From Sulfurospirillum sp. (GTDB lineage Bacteria; Campylobacterota; Campylobacteria; Campylobacterales; Sulfurospirillaceae), in assembly GCA_026988125.1 (NCBI GenBank), contig JALSLU010000082.1:1-53057 (forward strand): DNA of 53,057 nt, given 5' to 3'. The notes under the pieces were generated by a model. It saw only the letters and a list, made by a program, of their open reading frames with translations. It was not told where the DNA came from and ran no database searches. A program made the translations under genes and the position numbers. Below are positions 1 to 9,394 of this stretch, one piece after another (position 1 is the first letter of the stretch; every line of letters begins with the position of its first letter).

Positions 1-167
1 TTATTTATTGTCTCCTTTCTTAGAAGCAAAGCTCCTAAGAAATTCCTCTCACTGAAGCACGAAGCGGAGCTTCTGTATGGCTTATTTATTGTCTCCTTTA
101 ACTTGAGCCTGGTGCTTTGTGCTCTTTGTGAGAAAACCCAAGTTAAATTCCTCTCACTGAAGCACGA
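1..167 (-). repeat. Tandem structured repeat (2 units, first cut by the window edge); candidate ncRNA or cis-regulatory motif
   Basis: TTATTTATTGTCTCCTTT is identical at 1-18 and 82-99, and AAATTCCTCTCACTGAAGCACGA at 40-62 and 145-167. Each pair encloses a different hairpin (16-27/31-42; 97-107/137-147) whose mismatches become G-U on the minus strand. Confidence 0.8.
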
Positions 168-170
168 GCT

Positions 171-200
171 TGCAGTCATAAATGAGACTGTATTTATTTT
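171..200 (+). terminator. Possible intrinsic terminator
   Basis: TGCAGTC(171-177)/GACTGTA(186-192) stem followed by TTTATTTT. Confidence 0.35.
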
Positions 201-232
201 ACTAAAGCGCGAGTCTACAATTATCTCAAAAA

Positions 233-1216
233 TCATATTTCAAACATCCTGTTTAGTGCCTCAAAAGCATACCTTCTTGTCTCTTCACTTATGTTGATTT
301 CATTTGCATACTCACCTCTTTTGATTGAAAGCAGTGTATCCCTTAAATCCTCAAGTCTAGTTTCATTCATAGTTGGACATTCTGGTTTTGTGCTAGATAG
401 AACATAGGTATTTTTCTCTCTTAATCTATTTACCATGTTATACTCTGTCCCAACCGCAACTTTTTGCTCAAGTGGCAACTCCTTTATGTATTTGATTATT
501 TGCGAAGTGGAACCAACAAAGTCCGATTTTGCACAAACTTCCGGTTTGCACTCAGGATGAGTCACTATCAAAATACCCGGAAACTTTTTTCTATAAAACT
601 CTATATCTTCTAGCTCAAAAAGTTGATGCACTGAGCAAAATCCGTTATAACAAATTATATCTGCATCTCTAGGATCATTTCCATCTCCTACAACACAAGA
701 CTTCAGCCCCATATCAATCGCTATATTTTGTCCCAAACATTTATCTGGAACAAAAAGTATTTTTTTACCACTTTGCAATGCTCTTTTGATTATGATTTTC
801 GCATTTGAACTTGTGCAGACATATCCACCCATCTTTCCAACTTCAGCTTTAACTTCTGCAGAAGAATTAATGTAGGTAACTGGCATAATATCCTCTTTGT
901 TGATCCCACTTTGCTCCAAAATTTGAACATTTTGCCTATAGTAATCAACATCTATCATCTTAGCCATTGCACAACATGCTATCCTTGGCATCATCACTCT
1001 TTTTTTTGGAGCCAAAATCTTTACACTTTGACCCATAAAACCTACACCACAAAAAATTAAGTTAGGATTTTTATCTTTTGAGGCAAATTTGGCCAACTCC
1101 AAAGAGTCTCCTGTAAAGTCTGCCATATTAAAAACTTCATCTTTTTGGTAAAAGTGAGCTACAATTGTTACTTCTAATTCCTCTTTTAATTCTATAATCT
1201 CTTCTTTTATACTCAA
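233..1216 (-). CDS. nadA: Quinolinate synthase
   Basis: AHFYQ, GDSLELA, FCGVGFM, YINSSAEVKA, CTSSNA, HPEC and CPTM motifs; TTG start. Confidence 0.95.
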   Translation of the reverse strand: MSIKEEIIELKEELEVTIVAHFYQKDEVFNMADFTGDSLELAKFASKDKNPNLIFCGVGFMGQSVKILAPKKRVMMPRIACCAMAKMIDVDYYRQNVQILEQSGINKEDIMPVTYINSSAEVKAEVGKMGGYVCTSSNAKIIIKRALQSGKKILFVPDKCLGQNIAIDMGLKSCVVGDGNDPRDADIICYNGFCSVHQLFELEDIEFYRKKFPGILIVTHPECKPEVCAKSDFVGSTSQIIKYIKELPLEQKVAVGTEYNMVNRLREKNTYVLSSTKPECPTMNETRLEDLRDTLLSIKRGEYANEINISEETRRYAFEALNRMFEI

Positions 1217-1283
1217 AACAGATCCCTTAGTTCACATAATTCAAGAGACTTCCGAAAAATCTAGAAGTACTCTTTAGTAAACA

Positions 1284-1305
1284 ATTATATCAAATAATGT
1301 ATAAT
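1284..1305. promoter_or_regulatory. Divergent sigma70 -10 boxes for nadA (minus) and plsY (plus)
   Basis: TGaTATAAT on minus (1284-1292); TATAAT on plus (1300-1305). Confidence 0.55.
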
Positions 1306-1336
1306 AATCCTCATATTTTTAGAAAAAGGAAAAATT

Positions 1337-1963
1337 TTGGAATTAATAACCAACATAAATATACAATTTTACATACTTGCATACTTGGTAGGGGGAATTC
1401 CTTTTGGGCTTATTCTAGCTAAAAAATTTGCTAAATGCGATGTAAGAAATGAGGGAAGTGGTAGCATAGGAGCTACAAATGTTTTAAGAGTTTTAAAAGA
1501 GAGTAATCCAGAATTGGCAAAAAAACTCTCTATTGCAACACTTATCTTGGATGCACTTAAAGGGGTGGTGGTTTTAGCTATAGCCACTATTTTAAATTTG
1601 AGTGAAGAGACAAAATGGATGATAGCACTGCTTGCTGTAGTAGGACACTGTTACAGTCCATATTTAAAATTTGAAGGTGGTAAAGGTGTTGCAACTGGGA
1701 TGGGTGTTATGCTTTATATGCTACCATTTGAAACACTTTTAGCAGCATCTGTTTGGGCGATAGCTGCTAAAACCATAAAAATTTCATCCATATCATCACT
1801 TTTAGCGCTTTTTACGCTAATTGCTTCTTCATTTATAATTCATCCGGAGTTACCAGTTATAAAAACACATGCTCCCGTACTCATAATCTCATTTATAATC
1901 CTTTATAAGCATTTACCAAATATAATGAGACTAATTAGCGGCAAAGAGTCTAAAGTAATATGA
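1337..1963 (+). CDS. plsY: Glycerol-3-phosphate acyltransferase
   Basis: GSGSIGATNVLR, GHCYS and FEGGKGVAT motifs; hydrophobic. Confidence 0.95.
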   Translation: MELITNINIQFYILAYLVGGIPFGLILAKKFAKCDVRNEGSGSIGATNVLRVLKESNPELAKKLSIATLILDALKGVVVLAIATILNLSEETKWMIALLAVVGHCYSPYLKFEGGKGVATGMGVMLYMLPFETLLAASVWAIAAKTIKISSISSLLALFTLIASSFIIHPELPVIKTHAPVLIISFIILYKHLPNIMRLISGKESKVI

Positions 1964-2286
1964 CTATAAAGGTAAAGAATCTTACTTTTGAAGCAATTTT
2001 AGGAATACTCGAAAAAGAGAGAGTCGCCCCTCAAAAATTGCTCATAAATTGTAAAATAAGCTATGCTTATAAAGAGGGGCTCTTTTTAGACTATAGAGAG
2101 GTTATAGACTTAATCGAAAAAACTATAAAAGAGAGAAAATTTTTTCTAATAGAAGAAGCACTCAATGAACTTTCTTTAGATCTTAAAAGCAAATTTCCAA
2201 ACATTTCTTCAATAAAACTGAAAATTTCCAAACCATCTATATTCGATAACTGCGAGGTTTGCGTAGAAAAAAAAGTAAAATATTAA
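1960..2286 (+). CDS. folB: Dihydroneopterin aldolase
   Basis: ILGILEKER..PQ, DY, LIEE and SKP motifs; usual plsY-folB order. Confidence 0.85.
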   Translation: MTIKVKNLTFEAILGILEKERVAPQKLLINCKISYAYKEGLFLDYREVIDLIEKTIKERKFFLIEEALNELSLDLKSKFPNISSIKLKISKPSIFDNCEVCVEKKVKY

Positions 2287-2292
2287 ATTTTT

Positions 2293-2332
2293 ATTAAAAA
2301 AACTTTAAATCTACATAAAAATATGCTATACT
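2293..2332 (+). promoter_or_regulatory. Promoter of the response regulator with a possible autoregulatory site
   Basis: Extended -10 TGcTATACT at 2324-2332; TTAA-N7-TTAA at 2294-2308 resembles HP1043/CosR sites (AT-rich, so weak). Confidence 0.4.
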
Positions 2333-2363
2333 TCTGTCTTGATAAAAACTAAGAAGGAAAGAC

Positions 2364-3035
2364 ATGAGAATCTTAATTGTTGAAGATGAGGTTACACTAA
2401 ATAAAACGATAGCTGAAGGTTTGCAGGAATTTGGTTACCAAACTGATAGTTCTGAAAACTATAAAGATGCTGAGTACTATGTTGGTATTAGAAATTATGA
2501 CTTAGTACTAACAGATTGGATGCTACCAGATGGAGATGGAGTTGATTTGATAAGCCTTGTAAAGCAAAAATCTCCAAGAACTGCTTGTGTTGTTCTATCT
2601 GCTAAAGATGATAAAGAGAGTGAGATAAAAGCTCTAAAAGCTGGAGCGGATGATTATATTAAAAAACCTTTTGATTTTGATATTCTTGTTGCTAGAATTG
2701 AAGCAAGATTAAGATTTGGAGGAACAAATGTTATAAAGATCGATGAGTTGACAATTGATCCAGATGAAGAAAAAATAACTTATAAAGGTACAGAGATTGA
2801 ACTAAAAGGTAAACCTTTTGAAGTTTTAACTCACTTAGCTAGACATAGTGATCAAATAGTTTCTAAAGAGCAACTACTTGATGCTATTTGGGAAGAGCCA
2901 GAGCTTGTAACTCCAAATGTCATAGAAGTAGCTATTAACCAAATTCGCCAAAAAATGGACAAACCATTAGAGATCTCAACAATTGAGACAGTTAGGCGAA
3001 GAGGTTATAGATTTTGCTTTCCCAAAAAAGTATAA
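2364..3035 (+). CDS. hsrA: OmpR-family homeostatic response regulator (HsrA/CosR/HP1043 type)
   Basis: REC plus winged helix; LKGKPFEVLTHLARH, VTPNVIEVAINQIRQKMDK and TVRRRGYRFC. Confidence 0.9.
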   Translation: MRILIVEDEVTLNKTIAEGLQEFGYQTDSSENYKDAEYYVGIRNYDLVLTDWMLPDGDGVDLISLVKQKSPRTACVVLSAKDDKESEIKALKAGADDYIKKPFDFDILVARIEARLRFGGTNVIKIDELTIDPDEEKITYKGTEIELKGKPFEVLTHLARHSDQIVSKEQLLDAIWEEPELVTPNVIEVAINQIRQKMDKPLEISTIETVRRRGYRFCFPKKV

Positions 3036-4318
3036 GAAATAGATTTGCACTACAATTGGTGATGGCCTCGGCTACACTAATTGTAGTTTTTTCAGCTATT
3101 CTTTACAACTACATAAAAATCTCTATATATGAGGACTTAACCTATGAGTTAAAAAAAGAGGCAAAAAATCTTTCATCTCTTTATAAAAAAAATTCAAACT
3201 TTATGCCTATTGGGAATGATAATTCAAAAGTAAGCATATCTACCAATTTAACAATAAAACATGCCATATCATTTGAACAGTTTAGTCAAAATGGCAAAAA
3301 GTTTTTAAAAATTTTTTACCCAATTTCCAATGAAAAATCTGTTTTTTTAACAATTACAAAAGATATAACCAACACTGAACAACTTATGAAAAAGATTCTT
3401 AGAAGTATTGTGATAATAAACTTTACGACAATTTTTCTTGTAATTTTTTATGCTCTACTTCTCTCTAGAATGCTTATAATACCAATTCACTCTTTAACTA
3501 AAAAACTAGCGGCAATGGATGAAAACTTTTTTCAATCAATCAACACTAAAAATATTCCAGAAGAGTTTATCCCCCTAGCAAAAAGTATCAATAAACTTGT
3601 AGATAGAATTCATACCTTTGTAAAGTACCAAAAAGAGCTATTTATTGGTACAGCACATGAGTTAAAAACACCACTTGCAGTTATAAAAACTAAAAATGAG
3701 GTTACACTTTTAAAACAAAGAGAGCCACAAAAATACATTGAAACCTTGAGATTCAATAATCAAACCATAGATGAAATGAACAAAATGATTGGCAATATTT
3801 TAGAAATTGGAAGGTTAGAGAGTGCACAATTTGAACAGCCAGTCGAAATAGATTTGATTAAGTTTCTAAAAGAGAGAGCAAACCATTTTAAGATTTTAGC
3901 TCATCAAGAGAAAAAAACAATAAAAACAGATTTTTCACCAAAATCATTTCCAATTCTCATTCAACCTACACTTATAATTCATATTTTACAAAATTTTGTG
4001 GGTAATGCCATAAAATTTACCCCTGAAGGTGGAGAGATAGAAATTAAAAGCTTTACCGATTCAGATGGATTAAACATTCATGTGATAGATTCAGGTGATG
4101 GAATTGATGAAACTGTTGATCTTTTTGCTCCATTTAAAAGATATGGCAATAAAGAGGGGGCAGGATTAGGACTATTTTTAGCAAAAGGGGCAGCTGATGC
4201 TCTTGGAGCAAAAATAGCAATAAAAAACAGAGACCATACAAAAGGAGCAATAGCAATGCTTCATATACCAATTTCAAAGAAAAAGTTAGCTAAAAATGCT
4301 ACTAAATGTGATATTTAA
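3014..4318 (+). CDS. Sensor histidine kinase (2 TM, HAMP, HisKA, HATPase)
   Basis: AHELKTPLA H-box, NAIKFT N-box, DSGDGI and GAGLGL G-boxes; overlaps the regulator. Confidence 0.93.
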   Translation: MLSQKSIRNRFALQLVMASATLIVVFSAILYNYIKISIYEDLTYELKKEAKNLSSLYKKNSNFMPIGNDNSKVSISTNLTIKHAISFEQFSQNGKKFLKIFYPISNEKSVFLTITKDITNTEQLMKKILRSIVIINFTTIFLVIFYALLLSRMLIIPIHSLTKKLAAMDENFFQSINTKNIPEEFIPLAKSINKLVDRIHTFVKYQKELFIGTAHELKTPLAVIKTKNEVTLLKQREPQKYIETLRFNNQTIDEMNKMIGNILEIGRLESAQFEQPVEIDLIKFLKERANHFKILAHQEKKTIKTDFSPKSFPILIQPTLIIHILQNFVGNAIKFTPEGGEIEIKSFTDSDGLNIHVIDSGDGIDETVDLFAPFKRYGNKEGAGLGLFLAKGAADALGAKIAIKNRDHTKGAIAMLHIPISKKKLAKNATKCDI

Positions 4319-4372
4319 ATTTTTTCAAAGTATATTTAGTGTATAAAGTTGAAAAAATTTTGAGGTAAGAAT

Positions 4373-4627
4373 ATGTCACTAATGATAACAGATGAGTGTA
4401 TAGCGTGTGATGCTTGTAGAGAGGAGTGTCCCAACGATGCCATTGAGGAGGCTGATCCTATCTACATTATAGATCCCGATGCTTGCACTGAGTGTGTAGG
4501 GCACTATGATGAACCAAGCTGTATTGCGGTGTGTCCTGTAGATTGTATCGTTCCTGACCCTGATAATGTAGAAACTATTGCGGAGCTAAAGCTAAAGTAT
4601 AAACAACTTAGTAGCGAAGAACAGTAA
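4373..4627 (+). CDS. 2x[4Fe-4S] ferredoxin, YfhL family
   Basis: CIACDAC..ECP and CTECVGH....C...CP. Confidence 0.93.
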   Translation: MSLMITDECIACDACREECPNDAIEEADPIYIIDPDACTECVGHYDEPSCIAVCPVDCIVPDPDNVETIAELKLKYKQLSSEEQ

Positions 4628-4630
4628 TTT

Positions 4631-6112
4631 ATGGCAAAAAGAACTGCTATAATTGACATTGGCTCGAACTCTGCAAGGATGGTAGTCTATGAAAAGAGTA
4701 GTTCATATGCATTTCATCTCATAAAAGAGGTAAAAAGTAGAGTTAGAATTGGTGAAGGAGCGTACAACAACGGTGGAATATTGCAAGATGAACCTATGCA
4801 AAGAGCATATGATGCTCTTTTTGAATTTAAACAGATAATAAAAAGTTTAAAATGCAATAAAACTTTTTGTGTAGCAACTTCAGCTATAAGAGATGCTCCA
4901 AATGCAAATCAATTTGTTAAAAAAATTAAAAGAGAATTAAACATCAATATAAAAATAATTGATGGTCCAAAAGAAGCGTACTATGGTGCTTTGGCATCTG
5001 TAAATCTTTTAAAACCTCTAAATGATGCTATAACAGTAGATATAGGTGGTGGCTCAACAGAGTTTGGAAGAATCAAAAATGGCAAAATCATAGAAACTAT
5101 ATCGATAGATTTAGGAACGGTAAGATTAAAAGAGCTATTTTTCTCAAAAAACCCCAATTTAAAAAGAGCCCAAAACTACATAAATGAAAAATTAAAACAA
5201 CTTCCAGATTTTTTCAATTCTGAATGCATAGTTGGAATTGGAGGAACTATTAGAGCCTTTTGCGATCTTATTATGAAAAAAATAGAATATCCATTAGAGA
5301 CTTTGCATGGTTTTGAGTATGAAATAGATGAACATCGGTACATTTTGAAACAAATTATAGAGTCTAAAGATAGAAATGATCTAAAAAAAATTGGAATTAA
5401 AAAAGATAGATTAGACACTATGAAAGAGGGATGTTTAATTTTTAATTCTATAATAAACATATTAAACGCCTCAAAGGTAATCACTAACGGATCAGGAGTA
5501 AGAGAAGGGGTCTACTTAGAAGATATACTAAGAAGTTCAAATAAAAGATTCCCAGCAAATTTCAAAATTAGTGTAAAAAGTTTGAGTGATAGATTTGTTG
5601 AAGATAAAAAAGAGAATCTCTACATAAGTAACATTTCAAAGAAACTTTTTGACTCTCTTAGCTATCTACACAATATCGATCCAAAATATAAACTTGAACT
5701 AGAAGTTGCGGCAAAACTATATAATGTTGGAAGAAAATTGAGCTTTTACCAAGAGCATTTACATAGCTTTTATTTCATTATAAATAATCTAAATTATAAT
5801 TTTACACATGAACAAAAAGTTTTAATAGCCCTACTTGTAAAATACCACACAAAAAAATTACCCAGCTATGAAGATGTAATGGCTTATAAAAAACTTTTGC
5901 CAAATATTAAAATTGTTAATTGGCTTAGCTTCATTATTTCTTTGGCAAAGTGTCTAAATAGTAGTTTATCTAAACCAAAACTTGAATTTTATTATGAAAA
6001 TCACACTCTTACTATAAAATCATCTCAAAAACTCTTTTTAGCTAAAGAGTGCATAAAAAAGCTGGTAAAACCAGCATCTTTTGCAATTAAAATTGAAATC
6101 ATTAATAACTGA
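4631..6112 (+). CDS. ppx: Ppx/GppA exopolyphosphatase
   Basis: DIGSNSAR, ATSAIRDA, DIGGGSTE and GVREG motifs. Confidence 0.92.
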   Translation: MAKRTAIIDIGSNSARMVVYEKSSSYAFHLIKEVKSRVRIGEGAYNNGGILQDEPMQRAYDALFEFKQIIKSLKCNKTFCVATSAIRDAPNANQFVKKIKRELNINIKIIDGPKEAYYGALASVNLLKPLNDAITVDIGGGSTEFGRIKNGKIIETISIDLGTVRLKELFFSKNPNLKRAQNYINEKLKQLPDFFNSECIVGIGGTIRAFCDLIMKKIEYPLETLHGFEYEIDEHRYILKQIIESKDRNDLKKIGIKKDRLDTMKEGCLIFNSIINILNASKVITNGSGVREGVYLEDILRSSNKRFPANFKISVKSLSDRFVEDKKENLYISNISKKLFDSLSYLHNIDPKYKLELEVAAKLYNVGRKLSFYQEHLHSFYFIINNLNYNFTHEQKVLIALLVKYHTKKLPSYEDVMAYKKLLPNIKIVNWLSFIISLAKCLNSSLSKPKLEFYYENHTLTIKSSQKLFLAKECIKKLVKPASFAIKIEIINN

Positions 6113-6131
6113 CCCAAGAACAGTTATTAAT
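6101..6131. terminator. Bidirectional hairpin between convergent ppx and bamA
   Basis: Perfect 11-bp inverted repeat ATTAATAACTG/CAGTTATTAAT, 9-nt loop. Confidence 0.6.
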
Positions 6132-6135
6132 ACCT

Positions 6136-8352
6136 CTAAAACTGTCTTCCTATGGTAAACTCGAAGTTGGATGTTTTATCTCCAGCCTCTTCTAAAAGAG
6201 GTTGAGCAAAAACAAGAGAGATTGGTCCCATAGGAGATACCCACTCAAGAACCATACCTGTTCCAGCTCTGATGTAATCAAAATTATCTTGTCCTATCAT
6301 ACCATAATCTAAAAAGAGTGCCCCTCTCATCTTAACTCTTTTTATAAGTGGAAAACTAGCCTCTATCGAATTGGCAAACATAATGTTTCCACCATAGACT
6401 GTACTTCCATCAACTATATGGGTAGGGTATATTGAGCGAGATTCATAACCTCTAACGCTCCCTATACCTCCCATTTCTAAATACTCCTCAAGAGGTATAT
6501 AACCATTATCCACAATGTAATGAAATTGTGATTTGTACCTAAGAATTAGATCATATCTTATCTTGTCTCTCAAACCATAATAGTAGTTAAACCTAGTAGA
6601 ACTTTTTATAAATTTAGCATCTCCACCCAAGCCCGCATACTCAAGAGATGTTCTAAAATCTATCCCCTCTCTAGGGAGATAAAAGTCATCTGTGCTTTTG
6701 TATGTAGCTGAAGGAATTATGGCACTTTTTAATGTATCTGGATAGTTAACATTTATTGTAGGATCATTGAAGTTTGAATACTGCACATCTTGCAAAACAT
6801 AGGAGAGTGAACCAGCCCAATTTCTTCCAAAACGCCTACCCACACTAACATTAAACCCTGTTGTTAATGTATCATAGTCATAACCCTCATAATCTTCTCT
6901 ATATACACTTCCGCCCACACTATAAATTGAGTCAAAAACCCTTGGATTTTTAAATGAAATTTTTCCACTTAGCTGTTTTTCACTTCTCTCAATATCTACA
7001 CTGACTCTAATGCCTGAACCAAATACATTTGAATCAGAAACATTTAAATTTAAAAGCAGACCATCAGCCGAACCATAGCCAATTCCCCCGCCAATACTAC
7101 CTGTTCTAGCCTCTTTAACTTCAACAATTAGATTAATTTTATCTTTACTAACTCTTTGCTCTTTGATCTTTACATCTTCAAAATAACTACTCCTCTTCAA
7201 AGCAGATTTTGAATCTTTTAAATCGGTTCTATTATACAAATCACCTGCTGCTAGATAAATCTCCCTTCTAATAACCCTATCTATGGTTCTGCTATTTCCT
7301 GAGATAATTACATCATTGATATATACCTTCTGACCAGGAATTACTCTCAAGTAAACATCTGCAATTGCTTTTTTATCTCTTTTTTGTATATCAGGAACTA
7401 CTCTAACATATGCATACCCTAAATCTGCAACAGCTGTCTCAACCCTTTTTATATCTCTTCTTAATCTATCTATGTCAAAAACATCCCCCTGTTTTAAAAC
7501 CATCTCATCTTTTAACTCTTCAACGGAGATATTTAAATCCTCTGGTTTATCTATTTTTACTGAGCCAATTTTATACTGTTTTCCTTCATCGATGTTATAA
7601 GTTAGTGTAGCACTATAACTATCTAAATAAGCTTTTAAAAAAGGTGTACTCACTTTTGCATCTAAGTATCCATACTTCATATAAGTATCTTTAATCCTTG
7701 CAGAATCATATGGTAAATCTTCTAATCTTAATTTACCATCATTAAAACCCCACATCCAAGGTAACCACTCAGCCTCTTTATTGGCAATATTTGGCTCAAT
7801 ATCACTGTAACTTAAAGCCTTTGCACCACACAATTTTACTGATTTTATAACAACTTCCTCACCTCTATTGATGAAAAATTTTACATTTACTGCTCTTTTA
7901 TTGATAAACTCTTTTGTGTGTTCTACTACTGTATCAAAGTACCCTTGAGATTCATAATACTTTTCTATCTTTAATCCACTAAGGGTTGCCTTCTCTTCAT
8001 CATAAACTTCTCCTTTTCGCATTCCAAGCATACTTAAAACTTCTTCTTTGTCATTATCCGAAATGCCTGATACCTCTATATTTGCAATAGTTGGTTTCTC
8101 TTTAAAATGAAATACTATCTCACCATTTCCTACATCTTCTACCCAAACATCCTCGAAGTACCCTTGTCTATAGAGTATCTTTATGGCTGAGTCTATCTTT
8201 TCTATATCAACATCATCTCCAACTTTTATTCCAATCATTTCAGACGCAATCTCTTTAGAAATGTGCACAAGACCATCAAATGTCAATTTTTTAATAACCT
8301 CAGCTTGTAAACTAAAATTAATCAAGAAAAGAAGAATCAAGATTTTTTTCAT
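6136..8352 (-). CDS. bamA: Outer membrane protein assembly factor
   Basis: Signal peptide, POTRA repeats, GNSRTIDRVIRRE, VRGY motif, C-terminal FEFTIGRQF. Confidence 0.96.
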   Translation of the reverse strand: MKKILILLFLINFSLQAEVIKKLTFDGLVHISKEIASEMIGIKVGDDVDIEKIDSAIKILYRQGYFEDVWVEDVGNGEIVFHFKEKPTIANIEVSGISDNDKEEVLSMLGMRKGEVYDEEKATLSGLKIEKYYESQGYFDTVVEHTKEFINKRAVNVKFFINRGEEVVIKSVKLCGAKALSYSDIEPNIANKEAEWLPWMWGFNDGKLRLEDLPYDSARIKDTYMKYGYLDAKVSTPFLKAYLDSYSATLTYNIDEGKQYKIGSVKIDKPEDLNISVEELKDEMVLKQGDVFDIDRLRRDIKRVETAVADLGYAYVRVVPDIQKRDKKAIADVYLRVIPGQKVYINDVIISGNSRTIDRVIRREIYLAAGDLYNRTDLKDSKSALKRSSYFEDVKIKEQRVSKDKINLIVEVKEARTGSIGGGIGYGSADGLLLNLNVSDSNVFGSGIRVSVDIERSEKQLSGKISFKNPRVFDSIYSVGGSVYREDYEGYDYDTLTTGFNVSVGRRFGRNWAGSLSYVLQDVQYSNFNDPTINVNYPDTLKSAIIPSATYKSTDDFYLPREGIDFRTSLEYAGLGGDAKFIKSSTRFNYYYGLRDKIRYDLILRYKSQFHYIVDNGYIPLEEYLEMGGIGSVRGYESRSIYPTHIVDGSTVYGGNIMFANSIEASFPLIKRVKMRGALFLDYGMIGQDNFDYIRAGTGMVLEWVSPMGPISLVFAQPLLEEAGDKTSNFEFTIGRQF

Positions 8353-8413
8353 AACATATATTCCTATTTTTTTAAATTTACCAAAACCACATATTTGGGT
8401 ATAAGTAAAGTTG

Positions 8414-8427
8414 GGTATAATACCATT
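8414..8427. promoter_or_regulatory. Overlapping divergent -10 boxes for tyrA and bamA
   Basis: Palindrome GGTATAATACC (8414-8424) reads TATAAT on plus and TGgTATTAT on minus. Confidence 0.4.
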
Positions 8428-8460
8428 TTTAGAATTAATAAATAGTTAAGGGATTTAAAA

Positions 8461-9288
8461 ATGAAAATTGGAATTGTAGGTTTAGGTTTAATGGGAGGCT
8501 CACTCGGTCTTGCATTAAAAGAGACTAAATTAGTTTCAAAAATACTAGGCTTTGATCACAATTTAACTCACTGTGAAGATGCTTTAAAACTAGGTCTTAT
8601 AGATGAAATTGTATCTTTTGAGGATATAAAAAAATGCAATATGATTTTTTTAGCCATCCCCGTTGAAGCAATCAAAAAAAGTGTGTCACTTCTTGAAGAT
8701 GTTGATAAAAATACAACTATTGTTGATTTAGGAAGCACCAAAGAAGATATCATTAGGAGTGTTCCTAGTAAAATTAGAAAAAATTTTGTAGCAGCTCATC
8801 CTATGACAGGAACGGAAAAATTTGGTCCACAAGCTGCTTTTAAAACTCTATATCAGGACAAAATAGTTGTCATATGTGATTCTCAAAATAGTGCAGAACT
8901 TCACAAAGATAGAGCCATACAAATATTTTCACATATTGGTATGAAAATCGTTTTTATGAACTCAAAAGAGCATGATAAACATGCCTCATTTATCTCTCAT
9001 CTTCCTCATGCTATAAGTTATGCCTTAGCAAACAGTGTTATAGGACAAGAGGACCCTAAAAGCATACTACTTTTAGCTGCTGGTGGTTTTCAAGATATGA
9101 GTAGACTTGCTAAAAGTAGTCCAAAAATGTGGTCTGATATATTTAAGCAAAATAGAGAAAACCTTCTAGAATCTATTGAAATATTTGAAAAAGAGTTATC
9201 TAAATGTAAAGAAATGATTCAAAATGAAAAATTTGAAGAGTTAGAAGAGTGGATGGGAAGCGCTACAACTTTACATAAGATTTTATAA
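8461..9288 (+). CDS. tyrA: Prephenate dehydrogenase
   Basis: GLGLMGGS, DLGSTK, HPMTGTE, HD...SHLPH and DMSRLA motifs. Confidence 0.95.
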   Translation: MKIGIVGLGLMGGSLGLALKETKLVSKILGFDHNLTHCEDALKLGLIDEIVSFEDIKKCNMIFLAIPVEAIKKSVSLLEDVDKNTTIVDLGSTKEDIIRSVPSKIRKNFVAAHPMTGTEKFGPQAAFKTLYQDKIVVICDSQNSAELHKDRAIQIFSHIGMKIVFMNSKEHDKHASFISHLPHAISYALANSVIGQEDPKSILLLAAGGFQDMSRLAKSSPKMWSDIFKQNRENLLESIEIFEKELSKCKEMIQNEKFEELEEWMGSATTLHKIL

Positions 9289-9309
9289 GGTATAATGAGG
9301 CAGCCATAA

Positions 9310-9385
9310 GGGGCATTAGCTCAGCTGGGAGAGCACGACGCTGGCAGCGTCGGGGTCAGCGGTTCGAACCCGCTATGCTCCACCA
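9310..9385 (+). tRNA. tRNA-Ala(GGC)
   Basis: GGGGCAT/ATGCTCC acceptor stem with G3-U70, anticodon GGC at 9343-9345, GGTTCGAAC T-loop, encoded CCA; TATAAT at 9291-9296. Confidence 0.97.
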
Positions 9386-9394
9386 TTCGATCTC

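Noticed and set aside
1-167. CRISPR array or integron attC interpretation of the tandem repeats
   Set aside because: Only two bipartite units with self-pairing, unequal inserts and no cas genes. The AAC...GTT core is present in only one unit and there are no cassettes.
103-297. 64-aa ORF over the repeat
   Set aside because: Antisense to the nadA end, no SD, and it runs through structured repeat DNA.
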